Assembly: GCA_036271955.1 (NCBI GenBank) | Contig: DATAZR010000046.1 | Location: forward strand, 2,738 to 66,737 | DNA from: Acidobacteriaceae bacterium | GTDB lineage: Bacteria > Acidobacteriota > Terriglobia > Terriglobales > Acidobacteriaceae | Length of the DNA stretch: 64,000 nt | Direction of reading: 5' to 3' | Shown: positions 1-10,260 of the stretch, piece by piece | Layout: every line of letters starts with the position of its first letter | Position numbering within the stretch: position 1 is the first letter of the stretch | Notes under the pieces: model-generated | Database searches by the model: none | Seen by the model: the letters and a program-made list of their open reading frames with translations, nothing else | Told to the model about the DNA's origin: nothing | Position numbers and translations under genes: made by a program

Positions 1-30
1 GTCATGATCTGATCGCAATTCCTGCGACAA

Positions 31-786
31 TCATGGATGCTTTTGGACCGGCTCATTCGTTCCCTGTATCCGGTGCGAAGCAACCCAGGCCACGATGTCG
101 GTAATCTCCTGGGAGGTAAGCGCTCTGCCTTGCGAGCCGGAGAGATATTTCTGCCAATCCGGCATGCCCTCATCGGGGCGGCCGCCCAGGATAAAACTGC
201 GCAAGGTCTGGTCATTCACCAGAGCCAGGTAGTCAGGGTCCGCGACTGCGTATCGATTCGCCGCCATAGTCTTGTCGCCGGATTTCAGGCCCATGCCATC
301 GGTTCCGTGGCAGCGCGCGCACGCGGCTACAAAAAGTTTCTGACCGTTCCCAGCATCCCCCGATGGACCGTTGATGTAGGCAGGCAATGTGACGCTAGTG
401 AACTGCGCGGGGCGGCTCCATGTTTGCAAGATGCCTTGCGATAGAACGTTCACCTGCTGGTCTGTCAGCATGCCTCCGGAGCTTTTCGCGAAGGGCGGCA
501 TCAGCGTGCCGCCGACTCCTTTCGCTATCGAGGTCCGTAGGGTATCCATACCCGCAACGGCAAGATAAGAGGGGTTGTTGAGAGACAGAGCGGCACCGTT
601 TCTTCCGTTTTCACCGTGGCATCCCGCGCAGTTCGATTTGTAGAGCGTCTGAAAGTCGAGCACTTGCTCCGGGCGCAGTACCTCTTCGCTTTGGCGGGGA
701 TATCCAGGCGCATTGCTGCATCCGGCACAGGCCATAGCCGCGATGCCCACGGCGAGTAGCGACGCGATAAAGTTACGGCTATTCAT
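31..786 (-). CDS. Di-heme c-type cytochrome, probable lipoprotein
   Basis: Two CxxCH motifs (CAGCH, CARCH), each followed by a distal Met (LMPPF, GMPDW). The signal/lipobox reads MNSRNFIASLLAVGIAAMACAGC. Start moved to ATG 786, which overlaps the upstream stop. Confidence 0.85.
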   Translation of the reverse strand: MNSRNFIASLLAVGIAAMACAGCSNAPGYPRQSEEVLRPEQVLDFQTLYKSNCAGCHGENGRNGAALSLNNPSYLAVAGMDTLRTSIAKGVGGTLMPPFAKSSGGMLTDQQVNVLSQGILQTWSRPAQFTSVTLPAYINGPSGDAGNGQKLFVAACARCHGTDGMGLKSGDKTMAANRYAVADPDYLALVNDQTLRSFILGGRPDEGMPDWQKYLSGSQGRALTSQEITDIVAWVASHRIQGTNEPVQKHP

Positions 787-1663
787 CACTGCCGGAGTCT
801 TTCGTGTTGGTGGGAGGCGTAAAGGTTTGCGGCGTTCCGACCTTGCGACGATCGTCCATATGCAGACCGGCGCGTATTGCGAACGGCAATGCGCGAAATT
901 GAGGTGTCCGAACCTTTTCATGCCGGTTGACCACGTATCCGGCCACCAGTCCAAAGGCGATTTGGGAAGGCACAAACCACAACCAGTCAATCCGCTGATT
1001 CAAGATGGGGCTGACGACGCCCAGCGTCGAATAGATCAGACCCGTCCAGAGAAGCGGCGCAATGAATCCTGCGGTCAGCACCGGCCATCGAGGAAACATG
1101 GGAAGCATCGCGCCGTAGAGCAAGCCAACTAACAGCGAAGACACGATATGGATTGCAAGAGCGGCCAGCAGACCCTTTAGATGAAATTCGCCAAGAAAGG
1201 CGTTACTTTGGTTGGCCCAGCTTACAAAGCCACCGGCTGCCAGCAGATTCATCGCGTACCACAGGCTGTGAAATTTGAGCATGCTGAAGACAGCGGCGGG
1301 AATGATCATCGCCAGGCCTCCAGCGATACCACCCCTGAGGCCGGTAGTGATTTGAAATGTCTCGACCGGTACGATCTTGCGATGCATGGAGTCGACCGGA
1401 AGGACGGCTGCGGGCTCGTGTACTCTAGCCACTTCGCTCGGGTCATACGCAGCCTCGATCTCAAAATGCTTTTCAACCGGCAGCACATCTCGAAACCAGC
1501 CTATGGACGACACGATCAGGAGGATCAGTCCAAGCAGGCTGATGGCGAGGCTGGTTACGAAGCCGGTCACGATCAGCGTCAACCCCAACGCGAGCGTGAT
1601 CGGCCATGCCGTCGGCGATGGCATATGAATCGAAATTTTGCCGCTTCCTTCTTGATGCTCCAT
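779..1663 (-). CDS. Multi-TM membrane protein of the oxidase cluster (N-terminus resembles subunit IV/CtaF-type hairpin)
   Basis: PSPTAWPITLALG two-helix N-terminus plus about 4 further TM segments; operonic with the cta genes. Confidence 0.65.
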   Translation of the reverse strand: MEHQEGSGKISIHMPSPTAWPITLALGLTLIVTGFVTSLAISLLGLILLIVSSIGWFRDVLPVEKHFEIEAAYDPSEVARVHEPAAVLPVDSMHRKIVPVETFQITTGLRGGIAGGLAMIIPAAVFSMLKFHSLWYAMNLLAAGGFVSWANQSNAFLGEFHLKGLLAALAIHIVSSLLVGLLYGAMLPMFPRWPVLTAGFIAPLLWTGLIYSTLGVVSPILNQRIDWLWFVPSQIAFGLVAGYVVNRHEKVRTPQFRALPFAIRAGLHMDDRRKVGTPQTFTPPTNTKDSGSDE

Positions 1664-1683
1664 CGTTCAACAGTCTCCAGGGT

Positions 1684-2289
1684 TTACCTGCCCAATAGAT
1701 AAACAACGGTAAAGACCACAACCCAGACAACATCCACAAAATGCCAGTAAAGCGAGAGCACCTCCAGGCGAGGCGAATGGGCGCTCGTGAGTTTGCCTTG
1801 AAGGGAAAAGAGCAGCGTCAAGCTCAGCATAAGCAGCCCCGCTATCACATGCGAAGCATGCAGCCCTACAAGCGAATAGAAGGTGGTCCCAAAGAGATTG
1901 GTGCGTACCGTCAAGCCATCGTGATAGATCAGTTTGTACCACTCAAGTGCTGTCGAGGCCAGAAATATGCTGCCAAGCAGCACTGTCGCCGCCAGCCATA
2001 GTGAGCAGAGGCTGCCTCTACCGCGATGCAGCGCGGTCCCCGCAAAGTGCACAGTGAAGCTGCTGGACAGCAGGCAGATGGTTGAAACAATTGGAAGCTC
2101 CAGCACTTCCCGCGGCGTTGGGCCGCTCAGGCTTTTGCCAATGTAGTAGATATACGCGACAACAAAGATGATGAAGATGGCGGATTCGGCAACGATCAGG
2201 CAGATCATGCCGACCATTCCGCGCGAGGGCTGCTTCCATTCCGGATTTAGTGTTTCGGCGGAGTGGCCTGTGAGTGCCGCTGTGCCCAT
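1684..2289 (-). CDS. ctaE: Cytochrome c oxidase subunit III
   Basis: Motifs FGTTFYSLVGLHASHV and LYWHFVDVVW. Confidence 0.93.
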   Translation of the reverse strand: MGTAALTGHSAETLNPEWKQPSRGMVGMICLIVAESAIFIIFVVAYIYYIGKSLSGPTPREVLELPIVSTICLLSSSFTVHFAGTALHRGRGSLCSLWLAATVLLGSIFLASTALEWYKLIYHDGLTVRTNLFGTTFYSLVGLHASHVIAGLLMLSLTLLFSLQGKLTSAHSPRLEVLSLYWHFVDVVWVVVFTVVYLLGR

Positions 2290-2312
2290 CTCGATACTCC
2301 TTTCTTCGCTGT

Positions 2313-4001
2313 CTACTCGTAGTTGGTGTCAGGGTCTTCCGGATGCTTGATATCCCAGAGAGGCCGCCGGCTATGAACCGTAGGGATGACCGAAAAGTTA
2401 TAGCTTGGAGGCGGGGACGTGGTCGTCCACTCAAGCGTCCATGCGTCCCATGGGTCTTTCCCTGCGGGGAATCCGCGGAAGTAGGACTTCACCATGTTGT
2501 AGACGAAGATCAGAACGGCGACCGCCTGGAATGCCGCTCCGATGCTGACGATCATGTTCAGAGATCCCCAGCCCCGGTCCGCTTCATAGGTGTAGATACG
2601 GCGCGGCATCCCAAGAATGCCGGGGATGTGCATGAAGTCGAAGGTGAGATGAAAGCCGATCAGAAAAAGCCAGAAATGCCACTTACCGAGCTTCTCCGAC
2701 ATCATCCGGCCAGTGATTTTCGGATACCAGTAGTAGAAGGCGGAGAAGATCATGAACAGAATCGCGCCGACCAGCACATAGTGGAAATGCGCCACGACAA
2801 AGTACGAATTGCCAAGCTGCCAATCGAACGGAGAAACGGATAACATGATGCCCGTTAAACCGGCGATGAGGAATTGAAAAAGAAACGCGACGGCAAAGAT
2901 CATGGCCGTGGTGAAGTAGATCTTTCCGCCCCACAGTGTTGCCAGCCAATTGAATATCTTGATGCCCGTAGGCACCGAGATCACCATCGTCGCGAAGGTG
3001 AAGAATACATTGGCCCCAGGTCCAAGGCCAACCGTGAACATGTGGTGCGCCCAAACGCTGAGGCTGACAAAACCGATGCCAACGCTGGCGGCCACCATCG
3101 CCGGATATCCAAAGATCGCCTTGCGCGAAAAGACGGGAATGATTTCATTCGCAAAGGCAAACGCCGGAAGCACCAGGATGTAAACCTCTGGATGGCCGAA
3201 TATCCAGAAGAAGTGCATCCAGAGCACCGCTGAGCCACCTGCCTGCGTGTCAAAGAAATGGCCGCCCAGATAGCGATCAACGAGCAGCATGATCTGCGCC
3301 GCAGTCAGCGGTCCGATAGCAACAAACGCGAGGCAGCTGGTTACCAGGTAAAGCCACACCAGCAAGGGAAGCCGGCTCAACTTCATGCCCGGGCAGCGCA
3401 TGCAGAGCGTCGTTGCGACGATGTTCAGAGACGTTCCGATTGTGCCAATGCCGCTTAGGAAAACGCTCAGAGTCCAGTAATCGGTGCTGTGCCCCGGCGA
3501 AAAGACTCTTGCGGTCAGAGGCGCATAAGCAAACCAGCCGACATCCGGCGCAGTGCCAGCCCCATAGAGCCCGCTGCCGCCTATGTAGCTGTAATAGAGA
3601 AGAATGCCGCCAAAGGCCGATATCCAGAAGCTGAAGGCATTCAGCCTCGGAAACGCCATATCGCGCGCGCCGATCATCAGCGGTATCAGGTAATTCCCAA
3701 AGCCGAACAGAATTGGCATACCGACAAAAAAGACCATGGTCGTGCCATGCATCGTAAAGAGCCGATTGAATGCCTGGGGCGACGTGAAGTTATTGTTCGG
3801 AACCGCGAGTTGGATGCGCATGATCAGCGCTTCCACGCCGGCTACCAATAGGAAGATCAGCGCATACCCGATGTACATCAGGCCGATCTTCTTATGGTCA
3901 ACCGTTGTTACCCAGTCGTGTATGACCTGCCACACGAGTCTGCCTGATTCACGCGTACGCGAACTGCTCGCTGTTTCGATTGCCGGGATTTGTGTGGCCA
4001 T
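2313..4001 (-). CDS. ctaD: Cytochrome c oxidase subunit I (A1 type)
   Basis: Motifs VDHKKIG, TMHG, GARDMAFPRLN, WIFGHPEVY, WAHHMF, PTGIK, VAHFHYV and GMPRR. Confidence 0.97.
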   Translation of the reverse strand: MATQIPAIETASSSRTRESGRLVWQVIHDWVTTVDHKKIGLMYIGYALIFLLVAGVEALIMRIQLAVPNNNFTSPQAFNRLFTMHGTTMVFFVGMPILFGFGNYLIPLMIGARDMAFPRLNAFSFWISAFGGILLYYSYIGGSGLYGAGTAPDVGWFAYAPLTARVFSPGHSTDYWTLSVFLSGIGTIGTSLNIVATTLCMRCPGMKLSRLPLLVWLYLVTSCLAFVAIGPLTAAQIMLLVDRYLGGHFFDTQAGGSAVLWMHFFWIFGHPEVYILVLPAFAFANEIIPVFSRKAIFGYPAMVAASVGIGFVSLSVWAHHMFTVGLGPGANVFFTFATMVISVPTGIKIFNWLATLWGGKIYFTTAMIFAVAFLFQFLIAGLTGIMLSVSPFDWQLGNSYFVVAHFHYVLVGAILFMIFSAFYYWYPKITGRMMSEKLGKWHFWLFLIGFHLTFDFMHIPGILGMPRRIYTYEADRGWGSLNMIVSIGAAFQAVAVLIFVYNMVKSYFRGFPAGKDPWDAWTLEWTTTSPPPSYNFSVIPTVHSRRPLWDIKHPEDPDTNYE

Positions 4002-4038
4002 GAAACCTTCTTTTCCCGCGGGACAAACGTTGACCGCT

Positions 4039-5124
4039 TTAACGAAGAGAGTTCAGATACTTCACCACTGCATCCAGATCGCGATCGTCCAGATGCATCG
4101 CAGGCATCAGAGCACCGGGTTTGAAATGCGCCGGGTCGTTCACAAAAGCGCGCAGATTTTCTGCTGAATTGGGTACTGTCCCTGAAGCAATGGTAGCCCG
4201 GCTTTCCAGATGCGTCAGATCGGGCCCGAATGTGCCATGAGCCACAGTGCCGGCAATCGTATGACAATTGACACAGGCGTTGAACTCGAATACTTGCCGG
4301 CCATAGGCCGTGTCAGCGCTCTGCGCCACTTTGCTTTGCTGAGCCGCCACCCAGGCCGCAAATGCCGCCGGCGGATCGGCATACACGCGTATCAGCATCT
4401 TCGCGTGCTGTGTTCCACAATACTGCGCGCACTGGCCAAGGTAGAGCCCGGCAGCGTCGGGATCGATCCACATCGTATTGACTTTGTTCGGAATCAGATC
4501 CATCTTGCCGGCCAGCTTCGGCACCCAGAAGCTATGATCCGTATCCGCGGACGACATGGTGAGGTACGTGGGTATCGGATGCTGCGGATCGCTGACCGGC
4601 ACATGCAGCTCGTTCGCTGTCACGATCCCAAGTTTCGGATAGCGGTATTCCCACCAGAACTGATGGCCAATGACCGTCACATCCAATGCATTGGCGGGTT
4701 TAGGTATTCTCTCGGTCATAAAGATGACCCGGGCCGTGGCCAGGAACAGCACAACGACAATCAATATCGGAATCACGGTCCACGAAACTTCGATCTGATT
4801 GCTACCGTAAATCTGCGCAGGTTCTCGCTCCGTGTACTGACGCCTGCGGCGATAACGAATCAGCGCAAACAAGAGCAAGCCGCCGACAACGAGAAAAATC
4901 ACAGCGGTAATTGCCAGCACAAACATCGACAGTCCGAAGATAGAGCGGGCCTGCGTTCCCTCTGGCGAAAAAATGCTGGTCGAGGGAGATTTGAATTGAG
5001 CCGCAAACCCTAGTGAATATAAAAACAAAAGGCGATGAATATTCAAAATGCTTTGCGCAGCGCATGCTCCCAACTTGGGCAAGCACTGCATCGGGACTAT
5101 CCAAGAGAGAAGCATGAGGTGCAA
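4039..5124 (-). CDS. ctaC: Cytochrome c oxidase subunit II with fused cytochrome c (caa3 type)
   Basis: GHQFWWEY; CuA ligands HSFW...CAQYCGTQHAKM; C-terminal CVNCH...MP. Start uncertain. Confidence 0.93.
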   Translation of the reverse strand: MHLMLLSWIVPMQCLPKLGACAAQSILNIHRLLFLYSLGFAAQFKSPSTSIFSPEGTQARSIFGLSMFVLAITAVIFLVVGGLLLFALIRYRRRRQYTEREPAQIYGSNQIEVSWTVIPILIVVVLFLATARVIFMTERIPKPANALDVTVIGHQFWWEYRYPKLGIVTANELHVPVSDPQHPIPTYLTMSSADTDHSFWVPKLAGKMDLIPNKVNTMWIDPDAAGLYLGQCAQYCGTQHAKMLIRVYADPPAAFAAWVAAQQSKVAQSADTAYGRQVFEFNACVNCHTIAGTVAHGTFGPDLTHLESRATIASGTVPNSAENLRAFVNDPAHFKPGALMPAMHLDDRDLDAVVKYLNSLR

Positions 5125-5459
5125 GGTCGCTCCGCTGGTCCATCATAACCGCAAGTAGACCGAGAGCCGAATAGTTTCGGTACTCTGGAAATCTGATTCA
5201 ACTCCGTTCCATTCTGTGCCATTTTTATGAAGCGACGGTGAGGAATGCAGCAAAAATATTTTTCGCTACAGAAAAACATCTCCCACTGGCGAGATTGCTT
5301 GCGAAAGGAATAGATGCAAGCAGCCGCGAGCCGTTATGTAGATATGCGACCGTCGTGGGAGAGCTTTCTGCTGATCCGTCCGGAACGGAACGCAGGTGCA
5401 GGTCCGGCAACACTTCTGAAATTGCCGAAGAGAATGTTCTCGAATTCCCAGTTCGAATC

Positions 5460-8171
5460 TTATTGTCGCAGCACTTCAACTGCCGCGGCGCCAATTGCAA
5501 GTTGAGAGAATATCTGTGTCCAATCCAGCAAGCCGCGTAGCGCTGTCGGGCGCAACGTCTTATCCGGAACGATGATTGTGTCTCCTGGATACAGCTTCAT
5601 GTTTTTGAACGCATTTCCCCACGGACCTTTGACGGCTTCACGGGCCACCACTGAGCCGTCGGCACGGATCACAAAAGTATGCCGCCAGTCTGCGTCGCGA
5701 TCTGGACCGCCTGCGATTCGTAGATAATGCCCGGCAGAGCTGCCATCGTGATACAGGAAGGAATTCTGGTCGTACACAGCTCCCACGACGTTGACAGTGG
5801 CGGGTGTCGGTGGGACTGTAAACCGGTCACCGTTTTCGAGAGCAATCATGGGAACGTCGTCAATGATAGCTCGATCCGGTTGAAAGTTGAGTACCACGCG
5901 CCCGGTTGCGCGAATTTCTTTGAGACGCAGCAGCAATTGCTGTTCGGCAGCCGTGGCGGCCGAGGTGTTGGCAGCGGTTCCGGCGGATGTTGTGGCGGAA
6001 GCTGTTAGCGCCAGAGTACCCCGGCTGGCATCGAGATCGACTCGGCGCACGTACTCGTCGATCCGCTGCTGCTGCAAGACCCTGGTCGACTCCCTGTCGA
6101 ATTCTGATCCGTAAAGATAGGCCTTGCTTGTAAAGCCTCCGGCGCGCTGCACGAGATCGCGCAGCGTTTCTCCCGGATGCACGCTGTACACGCCCGCATG
6201 CAGGAATTCACCCTCCAGGCGGACATACTTCGTCTGCTCTTCAAGCGGTACGCGGATATCGGCCTGAGAAAAAATGGTGATGACGTCGCCGGGTTGCAAA
6301 GCCAGATTCTGGCTTGCATCGTGGTCGATAACCAGTTTGCCCAGGTCGAACGAGACCAGCGACGTCTTCAAATCCTGGGGATCGAGCCGCTCAATCACGG
6401 CATAATTCCAATCGATCTCAGGAGCGGAAAGCTTCACCTCGGTCCGCCTTGTCGCCGTCGGATTTGCAGAGCCCTGCATCTGCCCAAATTCTGAGGCCAC
6501 TGTGCCGCCAGATTCGGCCCGATGCGAGTCCCTTGAATTGGCGTCGTAGTTGACTGCATCCAGCCTGTCGCTTGCCGCAAGATCCGAAGTCAAGGCATCC
6601 TGGGCTTCCGGGGAAGTCGGGTCAGGGTTATAGAGTTGTCGATTACGCAAAATGGTGGAGTTGCCGTTGGGATTGTACGAGTTTCCACATGCGTACCCAG
6701 GAGCGGATTGGTCCTGCCCATTCGGATTGGCTACATTCGGATTGAGTAGATTTGGATTGCAAAACGAGTTGTCGGTACGATTGGGCCTCTTCCGATTCAT
6801 TTCGAAGTCGGATATCAGCGGCTCGAACTCCGGACCTGGCAGCCCCAGATGGCTGCGCTTCCACCAATAATCGCGGCTCAGCAGGGAATCGCGATCAGGG
6901 ATCAGGTCGCTCAAATGCATGCCGGAATGCCACGCGAAACGACCTGGGTTGGCAACGTCCCCCCGTAGTGTAACTGTCTGCCGATAGGAGGGGACAACCG
7001 AGAAAACCCGAACGATATCCCCATCGGCGAGTGGTGTCGACAGTCCCGTAGGTGTGAATGGAAACTCCATTGCCTGACGAACTTGTTGTTCGCCGATTCG
7101 TTCCAGCGAGATGCGTCCACTGGAAGCTACAGCAGTTGTTTTTCCTGCTGCGTCAATGAGGTCCGCGAGTGTGCCCCCATTTCGAATCTCGTAGATTGCA
7201 GGATTATGAACGCTGCCGGTAATTGCCACCTGAGCGCCTGTCGGCGGAATAAAGAGGACATCTTCGGGCAGCAGGCGCACATCCTTGGATTTGTCGCCGT
7301 GAATGAGAAATCCATACAGGTCGAAGTCGGCCACTGTTTGACCGTTGCGTCGCAGCTCGACATGACGGAGCGAGCCCTGTGCCGAAGGGCCGCCGCTCGC
7401 GAAAAGTGCGTCTACCAGCGTGCTCAGTGAGCTCACGGTATAGACTCCGGGCCGTCGCGCTTGCCCAGTCACATATACCTGAATGGAACGGATTCGCCCC
7501 ATATCGACCGAAAGGTCAAAATTTCTGAAGACCTTTCCTATCGCGGAGCGCAAATGCTGATCCAGCGACGAAAACTGCAGCCCCGCAACACTGATGGCGC
7601 CAACCTGTGGCAGATAAACGTCACCCGAGCGATCTACACGCAGGTTTCCTGAGTAATTGATCTGCCCCCAGATGCGAATCCTCAGCTCATCGTCCGGGCC
7701 GATGACATAGGTTGAAGTTACCGGAGCAAGATCATTTGGCGAAAATGTTGAAGGAACGTTCCGAAACAGTTTTGCTCCGTAGATTGGGAGCAGTTGCCCG
7801 GTCGTTGCAGCCACGAATTTTTGAAACTCAGTGAGTGGCTCGGCAGGCAGAGGCAGGTTTTGCATCGAATTGCGGGTCTTGGGCTGTCCAGAAAAGTCGG
7901 CATTCTCGGAGGGGGAAGCGGTCGTATTCCGTGGGCTTTCGGTATTACTCGAGTCCCTCGGATTCAAGGTCGGCAGCTGTTGCGCTGGGACGCATCCCGA
8001 ACTGCCGTCACTCATAGAAATCGATGGTGACCCATCCGGGCATCGGGATGGCGTCTGTTGGTCGTACAACGAATCGCTTTGGGACGGGTCCGAAGAGTAA
8101 GTCTGGGAGCGAAGCATCGGGGAACATACGAGGAACGCCAATGCAAGCGCGGTAACGAGACGCCTATTCAT
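5460..8171 (-). CDS. Polysaccharide export protein (Wza/KpsD-like, multiple SLBB domains)
   Basis: Signal peptide; Poly_export motif YVIGPDDELRIRIWG; repeated V.G.V..PG.Y / L.PGD.I SLBB units. Confidence 0.9.
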   Translation of the reverse strand: MNRRLVTALALAFLVCSPMLRSQTYSSDPSQSDSLYDQQTPSRCPDGSPSISMSDGSSGCVPAQQLPTLNPRDSSNTESPRNTTASPSENADFSGQPKTRNSMQNLPLPAEPLTEFQKFVAATTGQLLPIYGAKLFRNVPSTFSPNDLAPVTSTYVIGPDDELRIRIWGQINYSGNLRVDRSGDVYLPQVGAISVAGLQFSSLDQHLRSAIGKVFRNFDLSVDMGRIRSIQVYVTGQARRPGVYTVSSLSTLVDALFASGGPSAQGSLRHVELRRNGQTVADFDLYGFLIHGDKSKDVRLLPEDVLFIPPTGAQVAITGSVHNPAIYEIRNGGTLADLIDAAGKTTAVASSGRISLERIGEQQVRQAMEFPFTPTGLSTPLADGDIVRVFSVVPSYRQTVTLRGDVANPGRFAWHSGMHLSDLIPDRDSLLSRDYWWKRSHLGLPGPEFEPLISDFEMNRKRPNRTDNSFCNPNLLNPNVANPNGQDQSAPGYACGNSYNPNGNSTILRNRQLYNPDPTSPEAQDALTSDLAASDRLDAVNYDANSRDSHRAESGGTVASEFGQMQGSANPTATRRTEVKLSAPEIDWNYAVIERLDPQDLKTSLVSFDLGKLVIDHDASQNLALQPGDVITIFSQADIRVPLEEQTKYVRLEGEFLHAGVYSVHPGETLRDLVQRAGGFTSKAYLYGSEFDRESTRVLQQQRIDEYVRRVDLDASRGTLALTASATTSAGTAANTSAATAAEQQLLLRLKEIRATGRVVLNFQPDRAIIDDVPMIALENGDRFTVPPTPATVNVVGAVYDQNSFLYHDGSSAGHYLRIAGGPDRDADWRHTFVIRADGSVVAREAVKGPWGNAFKNMKLYPGDTIIVPDKTLRPTALRGLLDWTQIFSQLAIGAAAVEVLRQ

Positions 8172-8325
8172 AAATGTGCTTCATTTTCCGAGATTTGAAC
8201 CTCTGACTGCAATCATATCCGGTCCCTGATCTACGCCCGGTTGCAGCCGATTGTTTCTGTCGCCATTCTTTCCCCGGCCGCGCACAAGACAATAGAACGG
8301 CCTTCAAATGATTGCGAAAGGGTAA

Positions 8326-9069
8326 TTACCGCGCTCCAACCCGGCAGAGAACCGCAGGAACGGTTCGAAGCAGAATGGCGAAATCTCCAGGCAGGCTCCA
8401 GTTGCGAACGTAGGATGCATCCAGGTTGGCTCTGGCGGCAAAGCTGACGTTGCTGCGGCCTGAAACCTGCCACAGCCCGGAGAGCCCCGGAGTGGCGGCG
8501 AGATAAAAATGCTGCAGGTGCCCGTAGAGCGGAACCTCGGCAGCTATGACCGGGCGAGGTCCAATCAGAGACATATCTCCCCTGAAAACGTTCAGGAGTT
8601 GTGGGAGTTCGTCCAGGCTCCAGCGGCGTAGAAAGCCCCCAATGGGCGTAATTCTGGGGTCGCTGTGGGTCTTGTGTACTCTCCAGTGGAGCAGAGTGCC
8701 ATCGCAGGCCCCACTCTTCACAACCTCTTGCCACTGCGCCTCACGGCACATAGACCGGAACTTCCAAATACGAAAAGGCCGGCCCCCGCGCCCGATTCGG
8801 ATCTCGCGGTAAAAAACCGAGCCCTTGGACGTTGCCGCCACAAGGAATGCGATTAGCAGGCCGGGAATAAGGCACAGCCCAATCAGGGTCAACGATCCCG
8901 CAATGTCGATCCAGCGCTTCGCATAAACGTACTGCCAAGATTGAATCCGCATGTCAGGCGCAAGCAGTGGCGACGCGGATCGCCGGTTCTCTGAGACAAA
9001 TACGCTTCCGTCGAACGACATGCCGGCATAGTCATAGTCAGACTGCGTACGAGCCTCGGGCTTTCCCAT
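8326..9069 (-). CDS. Priming undecaprenyl-phosphate glycosyl-1-phosphate transferase (WbaP/ExoY family)
   Basis: Motifs KRWIDI, WKFRSM, DPRIT..G.FLR..SLDELPQ, GDMSLIGPRP and PGLSGLWQVSGR. Start placed at the ATG with a GAGG SD. Confidence 0.92.
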   Translation of the reverse strand: MGKPEARTQSDYDYAGMSFDGSVFVSENRRSASPLLAPDMRIQSWQYVYAKRWIDIAGSLTLIGLCLIPGLLIAFLVAATSKGSVFYREIRIGRGGRPFRIWKFRSMCREAQWQEVVKSGACDGTLLHWRVHKTHSDPRITPIGGFLRRWSLDELPQLLNVFRGDMSLIGPRPVIAAEVPLYGHLQHFYLAATPGLSGLWQVSGRSNVSFAARANLDASYVRNWSLPGDFAILLRTVPAVLCRVGAR

Positions 9070-10260
9070 TGGACCTCTCTGAAAAGTGCTTTCTAAAGTC
9101 TGAATCTTCAAGCAGAGAAGCTATTTGATTCTTGATCCACGCTTCTTCTGGGACTACTCTATTGAGTTGCAATGAAAAGCAACAATTGTCAATTACGCGA
9201 GTTGCCTTCCCGCCTTCTGTGAGAATATTCCAGATGCTGGGCGAGCTGCCACGATCTGACCATTCGACGCTAGCAATGTACGTCGGTTACCGTGGGCCTG
9301 ACAATATCCTCTGCAAATTAAAAGAGTTGCACAATTTGGCACACCTAAAACTGAGACTGCCGCCAGCTTCGGCTAGTGCCCAATCAGGCTCAATTCACGA
9401 TCTATTCACGAAGGCTCATTAGCAGATACTCACAAGCGTCACTCTGTTGCATTTGTTTGATCCAACCACGCAATCGTCAATGCTAGCGAAGCTTATGTGG
9501 AGCATAACACAATGTCGTGATTGCTCTAACACTGAAGACGGGAAGACTTGGCTGGAAGTTGCGAAGAGTGTTCAACATAGAAATGCCGCCAGCAGAGGGA
9601 TTTAGGGGAAAGCGGAGGGCTTTAACAGTTTACAAATACGCGAATCCTAATTCACGTGAGGTCTGAAGCGACGACGGAGCGAAAGGCGTTGCGCTCTGCA
9701 GGCTCATGTTTACTGGCTCCACGACACGATGAGACCCCGCACGCCGACAACCTTCGATGGAAGGTCAAAAAAATTAGGATGCCATATTATGGCCGCTGGA
9801 ATGTCTCACTGATGTCATCAATGAGTTTCAATTTTGTCGCCGAGTGAGTATCGATTCTTCGTCATATGGCTGTCGATCGGTTTGGTTGAATGCGGCGCGG
9901 TAGTGCCGTGCGCCGACGGCAACATCGAGATCCCCTCAGCCCCTCTGCAAAAGAGTCTAAGCTGCAGATTTTCCGTCGGTTGCGGTGCATAGGCCCTCAC
10001 GGGAGCAAGTCGCCTGATTATGTGACCAATCGCCCTGCAGGAGGGATGAATTCTATCTTCCCTACGCCGCAAACCGTTTCTCCTGAGGATGAAACATATG
10101 GTTTTCCGGAACTGGCCTGGTGACCTTGAGTATCTCCAGCGTCCAGCCTTCATTGGGCTGCCTCAATTGAAATGGAAAGGTCTGCAAAAGGACCTATGGC
10201 TATGGAGATCCCTGCGCAGAGGGGGGCATACTTTCAGGGAAAGGAAAGAGGGGCCAGGCG

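Noticed and set aside
10046-10123. 25-aa ORF MNSIFPTPQ... as a peptide signal for LytS/LytTR
   Set aside because: The SD is only 1-2 nt from the ATG, and there are no leader or processing features.
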